Assembly (NCBI GenBank): GCA_965655095.1
Contig: OZ296650.1
Span: forward strand, 65,534,001-65,598,000
DNA from: Haplodiscus bocki
Taxonomy: Eukaryota
DNA: 64,000 bases
Reading direction: 5' to 3'
Both the position numbers and the translations under genes were made by a program. This document shows, one piece after another, positions 1-14,048 of this stretch. The notes beneath the pieces were generated by a model. That model was given only the letters and a program-made list of their open reading frames with translations. It had not been told where the DNA came from and searched no databases. The first letter of the stretch is position 1, and every line of letters starts with the position of its first letter.

Positions 1-3000
1 CAACCGTTTATTTGCAAAAAATTTGACGCAGAGAAAAATCGGCCCAATTTTCAAAAAATCGAGAACAACCTGACCCTCGATTTTGCGGCCATGTGCAAAA
101 TTCAAATTTGAGACACGTCCATCACCTTGGATGATATAGAACACGCTTCGCAAACGATTTCGAATGAGTGTAATCAAAAAGTCTGAAAAGGGTTCGGAGT
201 GAAGGAGAGGGCAAATATCCAAAATGAGATATAGGGAGTTGAGACCGTCACCAGAGAAACAGGCTCAATGGGTAGGTTAGAAACGTTATCTAAAATGGTG
301 GCCCCAAATTCAGGCATCTTCGTGAATTTTGAAAAACAAATGTTTTGACCAATTCAGGTACTTTCGTTCTAACTTTTATCAATAGAGTCATACATTTTGT
401 GTCAGACAGACAGACACAGTTCTACTTTTGTGGCTGCAGAGACCCACGAATTATACTTTGCTCATCACCCAACCGTTTCTTTGCAAAAAACATTGACGCA
501 GAGAAAAATTGGACCAAACTTCAAAAACATCGAGAACAACCTGACCCTCGATTTTGCGGCTATGTGCAAAATTCAAATTTGAGACAGGTCTATCACCCCA
601 GATGATAAAGAACACACTTAGGAAACGATTTTGAAGGAGTGTAGTCAAAAAGTTTGAAAAGGGTTCGGGGTGAAGGGGAGGGCAAAAATCCAAAGTGAGA
701 GATAGGGAGTTGAGACCGTCACCGAAGAATCAGGCTCAATGAGTAGGTTAGAAACGTTATCTAACATGGTGGCCCCAAATTCAGGCATCTTCGTGAATTT
801 TGAAAAACAAATGTTTTGACCGATTCAAGTACTTTCGTTCTAACTTTTTTCAATAGAGTCATACATTTTGTGTAAGACAGACAGACACAGTTCTAGTTTT
901 GTGGCTGCAGAGACCCACGAATTGTACTTTGCCCTTCACCCAACCGTTTCTTTGCAAAAAACATTGACGCAGAGAAAAATCGGACCAAACTTCAAAAACA
1001 TCGAGAACAACCTGACCCTCGATTTTGCGGCTATGTGCAAAATTCAAATTTGAGACACGTCCATCACCTTGGATGATATAGAACACGCTTCGGAAACGAT
1101 TTCGAATGAGTGTAATCAAAAAGTCTGAAAGGGGTTCGGGATGAAGGGGAGGGCAAAAATCCAAAGTGAGAGATAGGGAGTTGAGACCGTCACCGAAGAA
1201 TCAGGCTCAATGAGTAGGTCCGTAACGTTATCTAACAAGGTGACCCGAAATGCGGGGACCATGGTGAATTTTGACAACCAGATAAATTGCCCGATTCAGG
1301 TAATTTAGTTCTAACTTTATTCAACCGAGTCATACTTTTTGTGTAAGACAGACACAGTTCTAGTTTTGTGCCTGCAGAGATCCACCACTTGTACTTTGCT
1401 CAACAGATAACTGTTTCTTTGCAAGACATGTTGACGCAGAGATAAATCGGCCCAAACTTCAAACAAATCGAGAATAACCGGACCCTCGAATTTGCAGCTA
1501 TGTGCAAAATTCAAATTTGAGACACGTCCATCACCTCGGATGATAAAGAACACACTTGGGAAACAATTTTGAACGAGTGTAGTCAAAAAGTTTGAAAAGG
1601 GTTCGGGGTGAAGGAGAGGGCAAATATCCAAAATGAGATATAGGGAGTTGATACCGTCATCAAAAAAAACAGGCTCAATGGGTAGGTTAGAAACGTTATT
1701 TAACTTGGTGGCCCCAAATTCAGGCATCTTGGTGAAGTTTGTAAAACAAATGTCCTGCACGATTCCAGTACTTTCGTTCTATATTTTTTCAACCGAGTCA
1801 TACTTTTTGTGTAAGACAGACACAGTTCTAGTTTTGTGCCTGCAGAGACCCACCAGTTGTACTTTGCTCAGCACCCAAGCGTTTCTTTGCATGCATTTTT
1901 GACGCAGGGAAAAATCGGCCCAAACTTCAAACAAATCGAGAATAACCGGACCTTCGAAATTGCGGCTATGTGCAAAATTCAAATTTGAGACACGTCCATC
2001 ACCTCAGATGATAAAGAACACACTTGGGAAACGATTTTGAACGAGTGTAGTCAAAAAGTTTGAAAAGGGTTCGGGGTGAAGGGGAGGGCAAATATCCAAA
2101 GTGAGAGATACGGAGTAGAGACCGTCACCAAAGAAACAGGCTCAATGAGTAGGTCCGAAACGTTATCTAACATGGTGACCCAAAATGAGGGGATCATGGT
2201 GAATTTTGAAAATCAGATAAATTGCCCGATTCAGGTACTTTTGTTCTAACTTTCTTCAAAAGAGTCATACTTTTCGTGTAAAACAGACGCAATTCTATTT
2301 TTGTGGCTCCAGAGATCCACCACTTGTACTTTGCTCAACAGATAACTGTTTCTTTGCAAGACATGTTGACGCAGAGATAAATCGGCCCAAACTTCTAGCA
2401 AATCGAGAATAACCGGACCCTCGAATTTGCAGCTATGTGCAAAATTCAAATTTGAGACACGTCCATCACCTCGGATGATAAAGAACACACTTGGGAAACA
2501 ATTTTGAACGAGTGTAGTCAAAAAGTTTGAAAAGGGTTCGGTTTGAAGGAGAAGGCAAATATCCAAAGTGAGGGATACAGAGTTGAGACCGTCACCAAAG
2601 AAACAGGCTCAAGGAGTAGGTCCGAAACGTTATCTAACCTGGTGGCCCCAAATGCAGGCATCATGGTGATTTTTGAAAAGCAAATATCTTGCCCGATTCA
2701 GGTACTTTTGTTCCAACTTTCTTCAAAAGAGTCATACTTTTCGTGTAAGACAGACGCAATTCTCTTTTTGTGGCTGCAGAGGCCCACCAGTTGTAGTTTG
2801 CTCAGCACCCAACCGTTTCTCTGCAAAAAATCTTGACGCAGAGAAAAATTGGCCGAAACTTCAAACAAATCGAGAACAACCGGACCCTCGAATTTGCGGC
2901 TATGTGCAAATTTCAAATTTGAGACACGGTTATCACCTTGGGTGATATAGAACACACTGGGGAAACGTTTTTGAACGAGTTTAGTCAAAAAGTCTGAAAA

Positions 3001-6000
3001 GGGTTCGATTTGAAGGAGAGGGCAAAAATCCAAATTGAGAGATACAGAGTTGAGACCGTCACCAAAGAAACAGGCTCAAGGAGTAGGTCCGAAACGTTAT
3101 CTAACATGGTGGCCCCAAATGCAGGCATCATGGTGATTTTTGAAAAGCAAATATCTTGCCCGATTCAGCTACTTTTGTTCGAACTTTCTTCAAAAGAGTG
3201 ATACTTTTCGTGTAAGACAGACGTAATTCTATTTTTGTGGCTGCAGAGACCCACCACTTGTACTTTGCTCAACAGATAACTGTTTCTTTGCAGGACATGT
3301 TGACGCAGAGATAAATCAGCCCAAACTTCAAACAAATCGAGAATAACCGGACCCTCGAATTTGCGGCTATGTGCAAAATTCAAATTTGAGACACGGCCAT
3401 CACCTTGGATGATATAGAAGACACTTGGGAAACGATTTTGAACGAGTGTAGTCACAAAGTTTGAAAAGGGTTCGGGGTGAAGGGGAGGGCAAATATCCAA
3501 AGTGAGAGATAAGGAGTTGAGACCGTCACCAAAGAAACAGGCTAAAGGAGTAGGTCCGAAACGTTATCTAACATGGTGGCCCCAAATGCAGGCATCATGG
3601 TGATTTTTGAAAAGCAAATATCTTGCCCGATTCAGGTACTTTTGTTCGAACTTTCTTCAAAAGAGTCATACTTTTCGTGTAAGACAGACGCAATTCTCTT
3701 TTTGTGGCTGCAGAGGCCCACCAGTTGTAGTTTGCTCAGCACCCAACCGTTTCTCTGCAAAAAATCTTGACGCAGAGAAAAATCGGGCCAAACTTCAAAC
3801 AAATCGAGAATAACCGGACACTCGAAATTGCGGCTATGTGCAAAATTCAAATTTGAGACACGTCCTTCACCTCGGATGATAAAGAAAACACTTGGGAAAC
3901 GATTTTGAACGAGTGTAGTCAAAAAGTTTGAAAAGGGTTCGGGGTGAAGGGGAGGGCAAGTATCCAAAGTGAGAGATAAGGAGTTGAGACCGTCACCAAA
4001 GAAACAGGCTCAATGAGTAGGTCCGAAACGTTATCTAATATGGTGACCCGAAATGCAGGGATCTTGGTGAATTTTGAAAATCAGATAAATTGCCCGATTT
4101 AGGTACTTTCGTTCTAACTTTCTTCAAATGAGTCATACTTTTCGTGTAAGACAGACGCAATACTCTTTTTGTGGGTGCAGAGGCCCACCAGTTGTACTTT
4201 GCTCAGCACCCAACCGTTTGTCTGCAAAAAATTTTGACGCAGAGAAAAATCGGGCCAAACTTCAAACAAATCGAGAATAACCGTACCTTCGAATTTGCGG
4301 CTATGTGCAAAATTCAAATTTGAGACACGTCCATCACCTCAGATGATAAAGAACACACTTGGGAAACGATTTTGAACGAGTGTAGTCAAAAAGTTTGAAA
4401 AGGGTTCGGGGTGAAGGGGAGGGCAAATATCCAAAGTGAGAGATAAGGAGTTGAGACCGTCACCAAAGAAACAGGCTCAAGGAGTAGGTCCGAAACGTTA
4501 TCTAACATGGTGGCCCCAAATGCAGGCATCATGGTGATTTTTGAAAAGCAAATATCTTGCCCGATTCAGGTACTTTTGTTTGAACTTTCTTCAAAAGAGT
4601 CCTACTTTTCGTGTAAGACAGACGCAATTCTCTTTTTGTGGCTGCAGAGGCCCACCAGTTGTACTTTGCTCAGCACCCAAACGTTTCTGTGCAAAAAATT
4701 TTGACGCAGAGAAAAATCGGGCCAAACTTCAAACAAATCGAGAATAACCGGACCCTCGAATTTGCGGCTATGTGCAAACTTCAAATTTGAGACACGTCCA
4801 TCACCTCAGATGATAAAGAACACATTTGGGAAACGATTTTGAACGAGTGTAGTCAAAAAGTTTGAAAAGGGTTCGGTTTGAAGGAGAGGGCAAATATCCA
4901 AAGTGAGAGATACAGTGTTGAGACCGTCACCAAAGAAACAGGCTCAAGGAGTAGGTCCGAAACGTTATCTAACATGGTGGCCCCAAAATGCAGGCATCAT
5001 GGTGATTTTTGAAAAGCAAATATCTTGCCCGATTCAGCTACTTTTGTTCGAACTTTCTTCAAAAGAGTGATACTTTTCGTGTAAGACAGACGTAATTCTA
5101 TTTTTGTGGCTGCAGAGACCCACCACTTGTACTTTGCTCAAGGGATAACTGTTTCTTTGCAGGACATGTTGACGCAGAGATCAATCGCCCACACTTCAAA
5201 CAAATCGAAAACAACCGGACCCTCGACTTTGCGGCTATGTTCAAAATTCAAATTTGAGACACGTCCTTCACCTCGGATGATAAAGAACACACTTGGGAAA
5301 CGATTTTGAACGAGTGTAGTCAAAAAGTTTGAAAAGGGTTCAGTTTGAAGGAGAGGGCAAAGATCCAAAGTGAGAGATACAGAGTTGAGACCGTCACCAA
5401 AGAAACAGGCTCAAGGAGTAGGTCCGAAACGTTATCTAACCTGGTGGCCCCAAATGCAGGCATCATGGTGATTTTTGAAAAGCTCATATCTTGCCCGATT
5501 CAGGTACTTTTGTTCAAACTTTCTTCAAAAGAGTCATACTTTTCGTGTAAGACAGACGCAATTCTATTTTTGTGGCTCCAGAGACCCACAACTTGTACTT
5601 TGCTCAACAGATAACTGTTTCTTTGCAGGACATGTTGACGCAGAGATAAATCGGCCCAAACTTCATACAAATCGAGAATAACCGGACCCTCGAATTTGCG
5701 GCTATGTGCAAAAATCAAATTTGAGACACGGCCATCACCTTGGATGATATAGAACACACTTGGGAAACGATTTTGAACGAGTGCAGTCAAAAAGTCTGAA
5801 AAGGGTTCGGGTTGGAGGGGAGGGCAAATATCCAAAGTGAGAGATAAGGAGTTGAGACCGTCACCAAAGAAACAGGCTCAATGAGTAGGTCCGAAACGTT
5901 ATCTAACATGGTGACCCGAAATGCAGGGATCATGATGAATTTTGAAAATCAGATAAATTGCCCGATTTAGGTACTTTCGTTCTAACTTTCTTCAAAAGAG

Positions 6001-8470
6001 TCCTACTTTTCGTGTAAGACAGACGCAATTCTCTTTTTGTGGCTGCAGAGGCCCACCAGTTGTACTTTGCTCAGCACCCAACCGTTTCTCTGCAAAAAAT
6101 TTTGACGCAGAGAAAAATCGGGCCAAACTTCAAACAAATCGAGAATAACCGGACACTCGAATTTGCGGCTATGTGCAAAATTCAAATTTGAGACACGTCC
6201 TTCACCTCGGATGATAAAGAACACACTTGGGAAACGATTTTGAACGAGTGTAGTCAAAAAGTTTGAAAAGGGTTCGGTTTGAAGGAGCGGGCAAATATCC
6301 AAAGTGAGAGATACAGAGTTGAGACCGTCACCAAAGAAACAGGCTCAAGGAGTAGGTCCGAAACGTTATCTAACATGGTTGCCCCAAATGCAGGCATCAT
6401 GGTGATTTTTGAAAAGCAAATATCTTGCCCGATTCAGGTACTTTTGTTCGAACTTTCTTCAAAAGAGTCATACTTTTTGTGTAAGACAGACGCAATTCTA
6501 TTTTTGTGGCTGCAGAGACTCACCACTTGTACTTTGCTCAACGGATAACTGTTTCTTTGCAGGACATGTTGACGCAGAGATCAATCGGCCCACACTTCAA
6601 ACAAATCGAAAACAACCGGACCCTCGACTTTGCGGCTATGTTCAAAATTCAAATTTGAGACACGTCCTTCACCTCGGATGATAAAGAACACACTTGGGAA
6701 ACGAGTTTGAACGAGTGTAGTCAAAAAGTTTGAAAAGGGTTCAGTTTGAAGGAGAGGGCAAATATCCAAAGTGAGAGATACAGAGTTGAGACCGTCACCA
6801 AAGAAACAGGCTCAAGGAGTAGGTCCGAAACGTTATCTAACATGGTGGCCCCAAATGCAGGCATCATGGTGATTTTTGAAAAGCAAATATCTTGCCCGAT
6901 TCAGGTACTTTTGTTCGAACTTTCTTCAAAAGAGTCATACTTTCGTGTAAGACAGACGCAATTCTCTTTTTGTGGCTTCACAGACCCACCAGTTGTACTT
7001 TGCTCAAAACCTAACTGTTTCTTTGCAGGATATGTTGACGCAGAGAAAAATCGGCCCAAACTTCAAACAAATCGAGATCAACCGGACCCTCGACTTTGCG
7101 GCTATGTGCAAAATTCAAATTTGACACACGGCCATCACCTTGGATGATATAGAAGACACTTGGGAAACGATTTTGAACGAGTGTAGTCAAAAAGTCTGAA
7201 AAGGGTTCGGGGTGAAGGGGAGGGCAAATATCCAAAGTGAGAGATAAGGAGTTGAGACCGTCACCAAAGAAACAGGCTCAATGAGTAGGTCCGAAACGTT
7301 ATCTAACATGGTGACCCGAAATGCAGGGATCATGGTGAATTTTGAAAATCAGATAAATTGCCCGATTTAGGTACTTTCGTTCTAACTTTCTTCAAAAGAG
7401 TCCTACTTTTTGTGTAAGACAGACGCAATTCTATTTTTGTGGCTGCAGAGACCCACCAGTTGTACTTTGCTCAGCACCCAACCGTTTCTTTGCAAAAAAT
7501 TTTGACGCAGAGAAAAAATGGCCAAAACTTCAAACAAATCGAGAACACCCGGACCCTCGACTTTGCGGCTATGTTCAAAATTCAAATCTGAGACACGTCC
7601 TTCACCTCGGATGATAAAGAACACACTTGGGAAACGATTTTGAACGAGTGTAGTCAAAAAGTTTGAAAAGTGTTCAGTTTGAAGGAGAGGGCAAATATCC
7701 AAAGTGAGAGTTACAGAGTTGAGACCGTCACCAAAGAAACAGGCTGAAGGAGTAGGTTAGAAACGTTGTCTAACACGGTGGCCCCAAATGCAGGCATCAT
7801 GGTGAATTTTGAAAAACAAATATCGTGCCCGATTCAAGTACTTTCGTTCTAACTTTCTTCAATAGATTCACACTTTTTATGTAAGAAAGACACAGTTCTA
7901 GTTTTGTGGCTGCAGAGACCCACCAGTTGTACTTTGCTCAGCACCCAAGCGTTTCTTTGCATGAGTTTTTGACGCAGAGAAAAATCGGCTCAAACCTCAA
8001 ACAAATCGAAAAAACCCGGACCTTCGACTTTGCGGCTATGTGCAAAAGTCAAATTTGAGACACGTCCAACACCTTGGATGATATAGAACACACGTGGGAA
8101 ACAGTTTTGAACGAGTGTAGTCAAAAAGTTTGAAAAGGGTTCGGGGTGAAGGAGAGGGCAAATATCCAAAGTGAGAGATACAGAGTTGAGACCGTCACCA
8201 AAGAAACAGGCTAAAGGAGTAGGTCCGAAACGTTATCTAACATGGTGGCCCCAAATGCAGGCATCATGGTGATTTTTGAAAAGCAAATATCTTGCCCGAT
8301 TCAGGTACTTTTGTTCGAACTTTCTTCAAAAGAGTCATACTTCCCGTGTAAGAGAGACACATTTCTATTTTTGTGGCTGCAGAGACCCACCAGTTGTTCT
8401 TTGCTCAACACGTAACTGTTCCTTTGCAGGACATGTTGACGCAGAGAAGAATCGGCCCAAACTTCAAACA
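1..8470. repeat. Satellite layer A: homogeneous 467-bp monomers (~18 copies)
   Basis: Diagnostic tail GAAAAGGGTTCGGGGTGAAGGGGAGGGCAAATATCCAAAGTGAGAG in every unit; spacing 466-469 bp. Confidence 0.93.
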
Positions 8471-11400
8471 AGTCGAGAACACGCGAACCTTTGACTCTGC
8501 GGCAAGCTGCAAAAACGAACTTTGAGATATGGCCACCACTTTGGGTGACATAGGACACATTTGGGAAACGATTTTGAACGTGTCTGTTGAAAATTTCTGA
8601 AATTGGGCTCCAGGGGGCTAAAAAACGAAAATGAGACACAAGGAGCTGAAACTATGACCATTGACTTGGGTCCGATGAGTGGGTTCGAATTGTTATCTAA
8701 CGTGAGGTCCAAAATGTACGGATGATGAAGGCTTTCGGAAAACAGAAGTATAGCCCGACTCAGGTAAGTTTGCTATAACTTTCTGCAATGGAGTCATACT
8801 TTTTGTGTGAGACAGACACAGTTCTAGTTTTTTGGCTGCAGACACCCACCAAATGTATTTTGCTCAGCACCAAATTTTTTTTGCTACACATTTTGACGCA
8901 GAGAAAAATTGACACAGACCTCAAACAAATCCAGAACACCCGGAACCTCAACTTTGCGCCCATGTGCAAAATAGAATTCTGAGATACGGCCATCATTTTG
9001 GGTGATATAGGAATCGCTAGGGGAGCGATTTTGGACGTGAATGGTCAAAAATATTAAAATGAGGCTCCAGGGCGCACAAAAAACAAATATGATATATAGA
9101 GAGCTGAAACCAATACCAACGATTCAAGTTTGATAAGTAGGTTCGAAATTTTACCTACTATAGGTGTCTAAAGGTACGGATGATGGTGAAGTTCGGAAAA
9201 CAAAAAAAAATCCGATTGAGGTTGTTTCGTTCTAACTTATTTCAATATCAATAGATTTTTACTTTTTATAAAAGACAGACACAATCCTAGTTTTGTTGCC
9301 TCAGAAAGTCCACCAGTTTTATATTGCTCAACACCTAAGCGCTTTTTGCAAGATATTTTGACGCAAAAAAGAATCAGTCCAAACCTCAAACAAGTCGAGG
9401 CCACCCGGACCCTCGATTTTGCAGCTCTCTGCAAAATTGAATTTTGAGATAGGGTCATCTGTTTTGAGGATACAGAACACATTTGGAAACGGTTTTGAAC
9501 GTGTCCACTCAGAAATTCTGAAATGCGGCTCAAGGGAGCAACGAAACAAAAATGGCAGAGAGAGATCTGAAACAGTTACCAATGAGTCGGTTTCCATCAG
9601 TAGCTTCGAAATGTTATCTAACAAGGCGGTTCAAAATGTACGAATTATGATGAATTTTGTAGAAAACCTATAGCCCGGTTCTGGTGCTTTCGTTCCATTT
9701 ACTTTGACTAGAGTTGTGCTTTTTGTGCAAGACAGACACAGTCCTTGCTTTGAGGCTGCAGAGAGTCCACCGGTTTCACTTTGGTCAGCAACAAAGCATT
9801 TTTTGCAAGGTATTCTGACGCAAAGAAAAATCAGGCCAAACCTCAAACAAATCGAGACAACCCGGACACTCGACATTGCGGCTTTGTACAAAATTCAATT
9901 GTGAGACACGGTCATCACTTTGTAAAATACAGAACACACTTGGGAAACGGTTTTGAACGAGTGTAGTCAAAAAGTCTGAAAAGGGTTCGGGGTGAAGGTG
10001 AGGGCAAATACGCAAAGTGAGATATAGGGAGTTTGAGAATACATTTGGGAAACAATTTTGAATGTGTTCAGTCAACAAACTAAATTGGAGCTCCAGGGCG
10101 CAAAAAAACGAGAAACAGAGAGATGGAACCGTTATCAATGAATTGCGTTCGACGAGTAGGTTCGAAACCTTATCTAACATGGGGGTCCAAAATGTACGGA
10201 TATTGATGAACTTTGAAAGCAAAAATAAAGCCCGATTCGGCTAATTTCGTTCTGGCTTTTTTCAAAGAAATCACACTTTTTTGTGCAAGAGAGACACATT
10301 CCTAGTTTTGAAGCTGCAGAGAGTACACCAGTTTTACTTTGGTCAGCAACAAAGCAATTTTTGCAAGATATTCTGACCCAAAGAAAAATCAGGCCAAACC
10401 TCAAACAAATCGAGGCCACCTGGACCCTCAATTTTTCAGCTATCTGTAAAACTGAATTTTGAGATACGGTTATCAGTTATGGGGATACAGATTACGTTTG
10501 GAAACAATTTTGAACGTGTCCACTCGAAAAGTCCGAAATGGGGCTCCACGGGGCAAAAAAACAAAAACGAGAGAGAGAGAGAGAGAGAGAGAGCTGAAAC
10601 AGTTAACAACGAGTCGGGTTCCATCAGTAGCTTCGAAACGTTATCTAACAAGGGGGTTTCAAAATGTACGGATCATGGTGATTTTTGGAAAAAACTTATA
10701 GCCCGGTTCTGGTAATTTCGTTCTTTTAACTTTCACTGGAGTCATACTTTTTGTGTCACACAGACACAGTCCTTGCTTTGAGGCTGAAGAGGGTCCACTG
10801 GTTTCACTTTGGTTGACACCTAAACGTTTTTTTGCAAGAAATTTTGAGGCAGAGAAAATTCAGCCCAAACCTCAAACAAGTCGATGTCACCCGGACACTC
10901 GATTTTGTCGCTATCTGCAAAATTGAAGTTCGAGTTAAGGCCATGACTTTGGGTAACGCGGAACACGTCTGGGAAGCAATTCTGAACGTGTCCAGTCAAA
11001 AAAACTGAAAAAGGGCTCCAGGGACGAAAAATAGAACTGTGGGACTGAGAAATGACACCGTCCTCAATGAGTCGGGTTCAATGAGTAGCTTCTAAATGTT
11101 ATCTGTCATGGTGGTCCAAATTGTACGGTTAATGGTGAATTTTCAAAAACAAATTTTCATCCAGATTCAGGTTTTTTCGTTCCAACTTTTATCAATAGAG
11201 TCTCACTTTTTGTGCAAGACACACAGTCCTAGTTTTGAGGCTGCAGAGAGTCCACCAGTTTTACTTTGGTCAGCACCTAAGCATTTTTTTGCGAAACAAT
11301 TTGGCGCGAAGAAAAACCGGCCGAAACCTCAAACAAATCGAGACTACCCGGACCCTCGACATTGCGGCTTTGTGCAAAATTCAATTTTGAGACACGGTCA

Positions 11401-12521
11401 TCACTTTGGAAGATACAGAACACACTTGGGAAACGGTTTTGAACGAGTGTAGTCAAAAAGTTTGAAAAGGGTTCGGGGTGGAGGTGAGGGCAAACATCCA
11501 AAGTGAGATATACGGAGTATGAGAATACATTTGGGAAACAATTTTGAATGTGTTCAGTCAACAAACTAAATTGGAGCTCCAGGGCGCAAAAGAAAACGAG
11601 AAACAGTGAGCTGGAACCGTTACCAATGAATCGCGTTCGATGAGTAGGTTCGAAACCTTATCTAACATGGGGGTCCAAAATGTACGGATATTGATGAACT
11701 TTGAAAGCAAAAATAAAGCCCGATTCGGCTAATTTCGTTCTGGCTTTTTTCAAAGGAGTCACATTTTTTGTGCAAGAGAGACACTTTCCTAGATTTGAAG
11801 TTGCAGAGAGTGCACCAGTTTTACTTTGGTCAGCAACAAAGCATTTTTTGCAAGATATTTTGACGCAAAAAGGAGTCAGTCCAAGCCTCAAACAAGTCGA
11901 GGCCACCCGGACCCTCGATTTTGCAGCTCTCTGCAAAATTGAAATTTGAGATAGGGTCATCTGTTTTGGGGATACAGAACACGTTTGGAAACGGTTTTGA
12001 ACGTGTCCACACAGAAATTCTGAAATGCGGCTCCAGGGGGCAACGAAACAAAAATGGCAGAGAGATATCTGAAACAGTTACCAATGAGTCGGTTTCCATC
12101 AGTAGCTTCGAAATGTTATCTAACAAGGGGGTTCAAAATGTACGAATTATGATGAATTTTGTAGAAAACTTATAGCCCGGTTCTGGTGTTTTCGTTCCAT
12201 TTACTTTGACTAGAGTTGTACTTTTTGTGCAAGACAGACACAGTCCTTGCTTTGAGGCTGCAGAGAGTCCACCGGTTTCACTTTGGTCAGCAACAAAGCA
12301 TTTTTTTCAAGATATTCTGACGCAAAGGAAAATCAGGCCAAACCTCAAACAAATCGAGACCACCTGGACCCTCAAATTTTCAGCTATCTGTAAAACTGAA
12401 TTTTGAGATACGGTTATCAGTTATGGGGATACAGATTACGTTTGGAAACGATTTTGAACGTGTCCACTCAAAAAGTCTGAAATGGGGCTCCAGGGGGCAA
12501 AAAAACAAAAACGAGAGAGAG

Positions 12522-12557
<36 letters not shown>

Positions 12558-14010
12558 GAAGCAGTTAGCAATGAGTCGAGTTCCTTCAGTAGCTTCGAAA
12601 CGTTATGTAACAAGGGGTTCGAAATGTAGGAGTCATGGTGAATTTTGGAAAAAACTTATAGCCCGGTTCTGGTAATTTCGTTCTTTTAACTTTCACTGGA
12701 GTCATACTTTTTGTGTCACACAGACACAGTCCTTGCTTTGAGGCTGAAGAGGGTCCACTGGTTTCACTTTGGTCGACACCTAAACGTTTTTTTGCAAGAA
12801 ATTTTGAGGCAGAGAAAATTCAGCCCAAACCTCAAACAAGTCGATGTCACCCGGACACTCGATTTTGTCGCTATCTGCAAAATTGAAGTTCGAGTTAAGG
12901 CCATGACTTTGGGTAACGCGGAACACGTCTGGGAAGCAATTCTGGACGTGTCCAGTCAAAAAAACTGAAAAAGGGCTCCAGGGACGAAAAATAGAACTGT
13001 GGGACTGAGAAATGACACCGTCCTCAATGAGTCGGGTTCAATGAGTAGCTTCTAAATGTTATCTGTCATGGTGGTCCAAATTGTACGGTTAATGGTGAAT
13101 TTTCAAAAACAAATTTTCATCCAGATTCAGGTTTTTTCGTTCCAACTTTTATCAATAGAGTCTCACTTTTTGTGCAAGACACACAGTCTTAGTTTTGAGG
13201 CTGCAGAGAGTCCACCAGTTTTTCTGGTCAGCACCTAAGCGTTTTTTTGCAATACACTTTGACGCAAAGAAAAATCGGACCAAACCTCACAAATCGAGAC
13301 CACCCGGACTCTCGACATTGCGGCTTTGTACAAAATTCAATTTTGAGACACGGTCATCACTTTGGAAAATACAGAACACACTTGGGAAACGGTTTTGAAC
13401 GAGTGTAGTCAAAAAGTCTGAAAATGGTTCGGGCTGAAGGTGAGGGCAAATATCCCAAGTGAGATATAGGGAGTTTGAGAATACATTTGGGGAACAATTT
13501 TGAATGTGTTCAGTCAACAAACTAAATTGGAGCTCCAGGGCGCAAAAAAAAAACGAGAAACAGTGAGCTCGAACCGTTACCAATGAATCGGGTTCGATGA
13601 GTAGGTTCGAAACCTTATCTAACATGGGGGTCCAAAATGTACGGATATTGATGAACTTTGAAAGCAAAAATAAAGCCCGATTCGGCTAATTTCGTTCTGC
13701 CTTTTTTCAAAGAAATCACACTTTTTTGTGCAAGAGAGACACATTCCTAGTTTTGAAGCTGCAGAGAGTACACCAGTTTTACTTTGGTCAGCAACAAAGC
13801 AATTTTTGCAAGATATTCTGACCCAAAGAAAAATCAGGCCAAACCTCAAACAAATCGAGACCACCTGGACCCTCAATTTTTCAGCTATCTGTAAAACTGA
13901 ATTTTGAGATACGGTTATCAGTTATGGGGATACAGATTACGTTTGGAAACGATTTTGAACGTGTCCACTCGAAAAGTCCGAAATGGGGCTCCAGGGGGCA
14001 AAAAAACAAA

Positions 14011-14048
<38 letters not shown>

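Noticed and set aside
10159-10169. Pol III B-box match GGTTCGAAACC (tRNA/SINE origin of the satellite)
   Set aside because: Perfect only in the five chimeric units; no convincing A box or cloverleaf; other monomers read GGTCCGAAACG or GCTTCGAAATG.
13586-13630. Hammerhead-ribozyme-like layout in the monomer (TCGATGAG...CGAAA followed by a GTTA-TC-TAAC type stem), which would make the satellite a retrozyme
   Set aside because: The core reads TCGATGA/TCAATGA instead of CTGANGA, the would-be cleavage triplet ends in G (not NUH), and no monomer I checked has a proper stem I. An Rfam/RNAMotif scan of all monomers would settle it.
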